Source of the DNA: an uncultured bacterium
GTDB taxonomy: Bacteria; Hydrogenedentota; Hydrogenedentia; Hydrogenedentales; JAEUWI01
Length of the DNA stretch: 23,071 nt
NCBI GenBank assembly: GCA_963977445.1
Contig: CAXBPH010000092.1
Location: 1-23,071 of the forward strand
Direction of reading: 5' to 3'
Each line of letters starts with the position of its first letter. Position 1 is the first letter of the stretch. The notes beneath the pieces are model-generated. The model saw nothing but the letters and a program-made list of their open reading frames with translations, ran no database searches and was not told the origin of the DNA. The position numbers and the translations under genes are program-made. Shown piece by piece: positions 17,589-23,071 of the stretch.

Positions 17589-18151
17589 GGATTCCTCGGC
17601 ACGACAAGTTGAACAGCCCGCGCGGCGACGGTTAACTTGCGGCGGGTCGTGCTGGCTACCTCGATGGTGACCAACACCCCACCGTCTTGTTCCTCAAACC
17701 AGATGCCCCGGCCGGATTCACCGTCTTTGGCCGGTGGGAGCAGGCCATTGGCGAGCACCTCGACCACCTCGTCGCGCTCCAGCACCAGTTGGGATTCGGT
17801 GAAGCCGTCGTTGTTTCGATCGTCGTAGTCGCGTCCAATTCGATGGACGGGCCCCCACTCTATGGCTCCCTGGCCATCTACCGGCAATGCATTGCCATCG
17901 CGATCTTCCGGGACACGGTAGCGCACCGCCTCGCCAGGGAGATCGGACAATTGTGACGGGGAGGTAGCGCGCAACTCCCGGGTGATCATGGCCAAGGCGT
18001 GGACTGTCGCATCGGTTCCGTTTGCCTTCTTGCCCAAGACTTCCGCCGTTTCGTTCGCGCCAAGCCACACGGCCCAAATCATTCCCAGGGCCGCCGTCAG
18101 CAGGGCAACGGCCGTGAGTATTTCGATAAGGGTAAATCCATTACGGCGCAT
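17585..18151 (-). CDS. Prepilin-type minor pilin/pseudopilin (PilW/GspJ-like), 188 aa
   Basis: Likely start ATG 18151: MRRNG|FTLIEILTAVALL; later ALAMITRELR motif; DRDGN and DRNNDG Asp-rich loops. Confidence 0.85.
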   Translation of the reverse strand: MRRNGFTLIEILTAVALLTAALGMIWAVWLGANETAEVLGKKANGTDATVHALAMITRELRATSPSQLSDLPGEAVRYRVPEDRDGNALPVDGQGAIEWGPVHRIGRDYDDRNNDGFTESQLVLERDEVVEVLANGLLPPAKDGESGRGIWFEEQDGGVLVTIEVASTTRRKLTVAARAVQLVVPRNP

Positions 18152-18521
18152 GAGAAAGGTCCCCCACCACACACAGGGCCGACACGGTGATGACATGGCC
18201 GCGATTGCTTTGCGTGGTGACCACCAGGCGGGCCACACCGGACTCCTCCGTCGGCTCCAGATGAATTTCATAGTCGCCAGGCAGCGCTTCCGGCGCGGCA
18301 AGCGACACCGGCTCAGGCCCGAGTGCTCCCTGCCCATGTAGACGCTCCACGCAATGGGTCAAGCACAAGGTGGCCAAATGGCGTCGTTCCCCCAGTTCCC
18401 GAACCAAGGCCAGGTGGGACAAGGCACCCAGCAAAAGCACAAGTATCAAGAACAAGATCCCCGTGGCAAAGGTGACCTCGATGAGCGTAAAGCCCGTCTT
18501 CCCGCGCCCTGCATCCTTCAT
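18141..18521 (-). CDS. Prepilin-type minor pilin/pseudopilin (PilV/GspI-like), 126 aa
   Basis: AGGAG RBS before ATG 18521; KTG|FTLIEVTFATGILFLIL cleavage/methylation motif; 11-nt overlap with the next gene. Confidence 0.85.
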   Translation of the reverse strand: MKDAGRGKTGFTLIEVTFATGILFLILVLLLGALSHLALVRELGERRHLATLCLTHCVERLHGQGALGPEPVSLAAPEALPGDYEIHLEPTEESGVARLVVTTQSNRGHVITVSALCVVGDLSHAP

Positions 18522-18604
18522 AATGAGTCTCCTGCCGTCCGCAACAACCATCCATCAGCGTAGCACGAAGTCCCTACGCCCGCACAACCCAAAGGGGACA
18601 CCCA

Positions 18605-18988
18605 CTTTACGTGCCCTGCCCCGGTGGTCAGATGAAATTCCACATACTCTACGACGAAGTCACGAAACTCTTCTGGCTTCTCTCCAGTCAGGCCACGGAC
18701 TCCATGACCGACCCCAGGAAACTCCCGGACAACCGCTACAACCTGCCCAACAACGAGCGACACCGATTGGTACTTCACTTCTCAAAAAACTGTATGGACT
18801 GGATCTTCGCCGCCCGCGTTGCAGACACCGGAAACGCGGGACAGGGTCGCCACTACGCCTCTATGGTAATCGACGGCGACGACTTGCGAATCCTCAGCCG
18901 TTCCGGCGATGAGCGCGCGAAAGACAGTCACAACGGGAACCTGATTACCTTTCACAGCGTTGCGGATTTTCGGAAGCTGGTGTATTGA
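18605..18988 (+). pseudogene. C-terminal fragment of a sialidase-like (BNR/Asp-box beta-propeller) protein; 5' part missing
   Basis: LYVPCPGGQMKFHILYDE...NERHRLVLHFSKNCMDW...RHYASMVIDGDDL.ILSRSGD...ITFH resembles, from memory, the C-terminus of a considerably longer protein family. Only about 80 bp separate it from the divergent pilin operon. Confidence 0.65.
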
Positions 18989-19075
18989 AAAACTGGGTAA
19001 CCAACAAGCATTCGGGTGACTCACCGCCTCCCTTGCTCAACTCCACGTTAGTCGAACGATGAAGGAGGGGACTTA

Positions 19076-19272
19076 TTTACCACGAAGAAACGAAGAGCAC
19101 GAAGAAGTAAGTAATGTGAAGAAGAGGAAATATACTACGTCTTACGAAAATTATATGCCGCGCAGGCGAAGACTGTCTTTCAGGCCTGAAACAAAACTTG
19201 TATCCATTGCACGGTCTACGTCCTTCTCACTTGCCCCTTCTTCTTCGTGCTCTTCGTGCCCTTCGTGGTAAA
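19076..19272. repeat. Inverted element with arms made of 8-9-nt CACGAAG(AG) tandem units, between convergent genes
   Basis: TTTACCACGAAGAAACGAAGAGCACGAAGAAG ... CTTCTTCGTGCTCTTCGTGCCCTTCGTGGTAAA. Confidence 0.85.
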
Positions 19273-19341
19273 AGTATTTCTGGCGGTGCCCATATTCTTA
19301 AGCCACGATCAGACGACGCAACGGGCAATACAATCCCCCCC

Positions 19342-20196
19342 TTAAAACTCCGGCTCGGGGGGAAACAGAGAATCTCGGTTCGCCATGAGTTCTTCGCAGG
19401 TGTCCACATCAGCGGGAATGGGAATGAGGATGAGCGGGCTAAGACCCAGGTCACTCCACTGGCCCGGATTGTTTGGGGTGTTCAATATGCCAAATGAGGC
19501 CCCCACCACCAGCTGTTCAGACGAATCGGTCACGGTCCCCCGCAAACTTCCATCGGAATACAACGTCACTTCATTTTCAAAAATCTCGCGGCGGGCCAGA
19601 TAGATTTCGCCTTCTATCAACCCATAGAGCTTCACATAGACAGTGATACCGGGTTTACCGTCGCCATCGGCGTCGTTTATCAGCGGGTCATTGGGATCCA
19701 TAGAGAGCGGAAGATCGGGATCGCCATCGATACCGATGAGCGTGGGTGTCGCGGGACGGCGAAGCTTCCATACGCCGTCCTCTTTAAGTACATCGACCAC
19801 GGCACTACGGGGCAGAATCGCCTGGGTGCCTTCATCAGGTACCGTGGTGACGAAGGGCTGATTGGCCTTGTGCTCGGCGTGGCAGAAGCGATCATACTCG
19901 ACGAGTTCGCCCTCCTCGATGACCAACTCGGTAGAGCCATAGGAAATCACGAAGGTCGATAGCGGGCCGTTGGGCGTCTCTCCATCGTAGGCCACAATGT
20001 CGTAGTGGCCGTAACGTCCCGCCATAGCTTCCATGGCCTCGGCCTTGGTCGCGGGTGGCACCCAATTCGCGTCATTGACGGGGTTTTGATAGAGGGGGCT
20101 AGCGGGCCAGGGCTTGGGTTGGGAGCAGCCGACGATGAAAAGCGTGCTGCAAATAATTCCGGAAAATAGAATGGGACGTAGTATCGAGAAAAGCAT
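19342..20196 (-). CDS. Hypothetical lipoprotein, 284 aa
   Basis: Signal peptide ending in lipobox IVGC; GAGG RBS; DADGDGKPG Ca-binding-like loop; host-like codon usage. Confidence 0.8.
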   Translation of the reverse strand: MLFSILRPILFSGIICSTLFIVGCSQPKPWPASPLYQNPVNDANWVPPATKAEAMEAMAGRYGHYDIVAYDGETPNGPLSTFVISYGSTELVIEEGELVEYDRFCHAEHKANQPFVTTVPDEGTQAILPRSAVVDVLKEDGVWKLRRPATPTLIGIDGDPDLPLSMDPNDPLINDADGDGKPGITVYVKLYGLIEGEIYLARREIFENEVTLYSDGSLRGTVTDSSEQLVVGASFGILNTPNNPGQWSDLGLSPLILIPIPADVDTCEELMANRDSLFPPEPEF

Positions 20197-20378
20197 AGTA
20201 ATAAACCTCGGGGACGGGTAATTTCATACACGTACTTGCGTGCAGCGCGTATCTTCACACGCTCTTCATTCTACACCATTGTGCACTATTTGCTTCAGCA
20301 CAAGAATGCGACCTGCGCGTTTATTCACGACACCTGTCATTTGAGCAGATTTTCTCCAGCAGATTCTCCTTAGCTATG

Positions 20379-20516
20379 CTCGTTCCTACGCTCCGCTTGG
20401 GAATGCATATCCAGGAGCTCTACTCCGACATCTCTCGTGTTGGCTCATGGCGCGCGCACCTACCCCGGCAAGCGGAGCTTGCAAGACTGCATTACCAAGC
20501 GGAGCTTGGGAACGAG
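20379..20516. repeat. REP/REPIN-like inverted repeat (CTCGTTCC...GGGAACGAG type)
   Basis: 29-bp arms 20379-20407 / 20488-20516 with 3 mismatches, plus an internal partial copy AAGCGGAGCTT near 20470. Confidence 0.85.
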
Positions 20517-20601
20517 GAAAACGCAGGTCCTTGTCTACAATCCCTGTCTGCTCTATAGTAGGAGCGACTTACTTGACGCGGGGCTATTTCAGGGAATTGT
20601 C

Positions 20602-23071
20602 ATGCCAAATCAAATCACAGATAAACATCCTTCTCTACGCCTTTTGGGTTTACTAGCGGCACTAATGGTTTCGTCGCTGTTTAGCGCAGCCGAGTCGACC
20701 GTTCCTGGCGAAACTACGTCCCAGCAGGCCACCGATCAACTCCGGGAATCTTTCGAGTTTCCCCGGCGGACGCTCAAAGAAAGTGATCTCGAAAGACTGG
20801 GTGTGCCGTCCCGCGTACTGGAGGCCACTTCGGAGCATCCGGCCGTCGTTTTTACGTCGGCGAGGGGGACGTCGGAAGTCTGCAATTCCTATCCCGCCGT
20901 CCTGATTTCCTCCGGGGAGCAATGGTCGATCGCAGAAATGCTATCCACCGGCTGGAGCTGGGCGGACGTCTGGACATCGGCAGATCGTTCCCAGATCTGG
21001 GCAGCATTGACGTTTCACTGCGAATCGCCGAACGGTGAAGTGGTGCTTCTCCATAGTCCGGATGGTGGGTGGACGTGGCGCACATTGTCATCGATAAACT
21101 TCGGATATTACCAGGACGGTTACGAAACATTTCGCCTCGCACCAGACGGCCAGGCAACCGTGGTGGGCAGTTGGTATCGTGAAGATTCCGGCGCCCCCTG
21201 TCCCATCGCATCACCATCTGATAAGGATGGAACACATGGCGAATGCCATGGATTGATGTACTTTCATTCGACCGATGCGGGCGCTACTTGGGTAGGCTCG
21301 AAGGCGTTTCACGGTAGCTACCGCCAACTTCAACAGCGAAGTGAGTCGGATGTCCACCGCTTGGCGGACAGTGAGTATCTCAAGCTCGACGAACTTGAAT
21401 TACGCTTTGGCACCGCACCTATGCGTCTCGATTCTGACCGCTTGCCCGAAGCCCAGAGTCTTCCTTTCGACAGGAAACTTCTCGAACGAGCCACATCAGT
21501 CTCGCGGTATAGTCGCCCCTTCCTGGAGATTCCGATCGGTGATTCAGCCAGAAATACCTTTCCCTATGTCCTGGACAGTGGTAGCCGGGACGAACGGGAC
21601 GCACAATTAATTAAATTACCCTATCCGGGCTTTCAATGGAGCGCGCTGGGCACGTTTTATACCGTCGGAATATTGCAGTCGCTCGATAATAAGGACAAAG
21701 CAACGTGGGTAGTGCACTGCGTAAACCCGGAACGCGAATGGACCGCAGGAAAGCTCCCCGATCTCCCCCGTGAACCCTCCCAGTTCGACAGTCTGGTTGA
21801 AGTGGAAAATGGGGCACTGGAATTTCACATCCGTCGTCTTCCAGAAAAGGAACATCCCGAAAAATTTGGCCGCGACATATATCAGAGCAAGGACGGGGGA
21901 CGCACCTGGACGCTGTCGCGTTTCGAGCCTGACACTCTGCTGCCGGTCGAGCCAGAGGAGTACCTCTGGGTTAGCTCGCGCGAAGATTGGGACAACGCCC
22001 TTGCCGTGGTCATGGAAAACGCCGTCGCAAACTTGGTAGAAAGTAATGACCAACGACCAGCATTGCCGCGCAACGACCCAAACGTAAAAGAACTCACAGA
22101 ATTGCTGCGAGTCCTGGATTGGCACATGCCGAAACTGGGAGTGGCCCTTTGGAACGCGTACGACGATGAGGCGCTGGGGCAACCCGCCCTTCATTTCGCC
22201 GTCACCTACAAAGGCGATTCCGTGGCCCTCCTGAAATCCCTACTGGAGGCCGGTGCCGATATCCATACGCGGACAAAAGGCGGGCTTAGCGCCCTGGACT
22301 ACGCGGTACGCGAGAACGCTCAGGAGGCTATCGATTTCTTGCGCGCCCGGGAAACGGACTTGGGCGGGGCCAACGAACGGGGCGTCACCTCCCTCCACTG
22401 GCTTGCCAGGACAAGCTTCCATGTCGATATTGATTGGGACTGGAAAGGGACGAAGGACGAAATCGCCCAGCGCGCCCTGGCCCATGCCGCATTTCTGTTG
22501 GACCATGGCGCGGATCCGAATGCGGAGGATGACCGGGGGCGCACGCCGATACAGGATGCTGTTGACCGAAAGTCGTCCTTTGCGCTCGCCCAACTCCTGA
22601 TTGAACACGGCGCCGAAGTGCACCCCACGAAGGAGGTCGACGTCATCGTCTATGGCGCGACGCCGGGGGGCTTCTGCGCAGCCATCGCTGCGGCGCGGGA
22701 AGGGGCGTCGGTGATCCTGCTGGAGCCGACGGGCCATGTGGGTGGTGTGAATACGGGTGGGCTGAGTTTCAGCGACTCCAACCAGACGGTCCGCAGCACG
22801 GTGATGGGCCTTTTTGATGAATGGCATCGGCGCATCCAGGCGGACTACGTCGCGCGGGGCGTGGAGCTGCCCTACGATGTGGCGGTGAAGGACCAGGCAA
22901 AATGGACCTACGAACCCCATGTGGCCATGCAGATAACGATGCAGATGCTCGACGAGGCCAAGGTCCAAGTGCGCACGGAGGAAGTGCTCCAGTCGGTCAC
23001 GAAAAACGGTCCCAAAATTACGGCGCTGCTGACCAACAAGGGCTCCTACACGGCGAAGACCTACGTGGACA
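20602..23071 (+). CDS. Secreted multidomain protein, partial (>823 aa): Asp-box domains + ankyrin repeats + FAD-dependent oxidoreductase (FAD_oxidored-like)
   Basis: Hand translation of frame +1 from ATG 20602 (AGGGA upstream) has no stop to the window end. Signal peptide RLLGLLAALMVSSLFSA; Asp-boxes SPDGGWTW, STDAGATW, SKDGGRTW; ankyrin motifs (GQPALHFAV..LLEAGAD, GVTSLHWLA, LLDHGADPNAEDDRGRTP); DVIVYGATPGGFCAAIAAAREG...HVGGVNTGGL. Confidence 0.88.
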   Translation, partial: MPNQITDKHPSLRLLGLLAALMVSSLFSAAESTVPGETTSQQATDQLRESFEFPRRTLKESDLERLGVPSRVLEATSEHPAVVFTSARGTSEVCNSYPAVLISSGEQWSIAEMLSTGWSWADVWTSADRSQIWAALTFHCESPNGEVVLLHSPDGGWTWRTLSSINFGYYQDGYETFRLAPDGQATVVGSWYREDSGAPCPIASPSDKDGTHGECHGLMYFHSTDAGATWVGSKAFHGSYRQLQQRSESDVHRLADSEYLKLDELELRFGTAPMRLDSDRLPEAQSLPFDRKLLERATSVSRYSRPFLEIPIGDSARNTFPYVLDSGSRDERDAQLIKLPYPGFQWSALGTFYTVGILQSLDNKDKATWVVHCVNPEREWTAGKLPDLPREPSQFDSLVEVENGALEFHIRRLPEKEHPEKFGRDIYQSKDGGRTWTLSRFEPDTLLPVEPEEYLWVSSREDWDNALAVVMENAVANLVESNDQRPALPRNDPNVKELTELLRVLDWHMPKLGVALWNAYDDEALGQPALHFAVTYKGDSVALLKSLLEAGADIHTRTKGGLSALDYAVRENAQEAIDFLRARETDLGGANERGVTSLHWLARTSFHVDIDWDWKGTKDEIAQRALAHAAFLLDHGADPNAEDDRGRTPIQDAVDRKSSFALAQLLIEHGAEVHPTKEVDVIVYGATPGGFCAAIAAAREGASVILLEPTGHVGGVNTGGLSFSDSNQTVRSTVMGLFDEWHRRIQADYVARGVELPYDVAVKDQAKWTYEPHVAMQITMQMLDEAKVQVRTEEVLQSVTKNGPKITALLTNKGSYTAKTYVD

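Noticed and set aside
18152..18337. N-terminal extensions in the ORF track (18337, 18551, 5895, 12640 starts)
   Set aside because: Downstream starts put the prepilin or Tat signals at the N-terminus and mostly have clear RBSs; the extensions overlap other genes, repeats or upstream non-coding DNA.

Overview
GC-rich bacterial chromosomal DNA. The Tat-exported Gfo/Idh/MocA protein, the PSCyt/DUF1549-DUF1553 plus DUF1501 pair and the duplicated PilC/GspF genes suggest a Planctomycetes-like or Ca. Hydrogenedentes-like organism (inference only). Gene order: NCS1-type permease and mannitol-dehydrogenase-family gene; crotonase; Tat oxidoreductase (-); a 1.3-kb structured intergenic region; a 42-aa Lys-rich protein, a LicC-like cytidylyltransferase and a PssA-like CDP-alcohol phosphotransferase, bracketed by two diverged 183-bp hairpin-rich direct repeats; planctomycete-type cytochrome c gene plus DUF1501; a five-gene operon of three minor (pseudo)pilins and two PilC/GspF (-); a 5'-truncated sialidase-like fragment; a lipoprotein (-); and a long ORF absent from the supplied track (20602 to window end) fusing Asp-box domains, ankyrin repeats and an FAD-dependent oxidoreductase. 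Most larger intergenic gaps hold a palindromic or multibranched element. No rRNA, tRNA, CRISPR array, integrase or transposase was seen. Family assignments come from motif recognition by eye, not from database searches.
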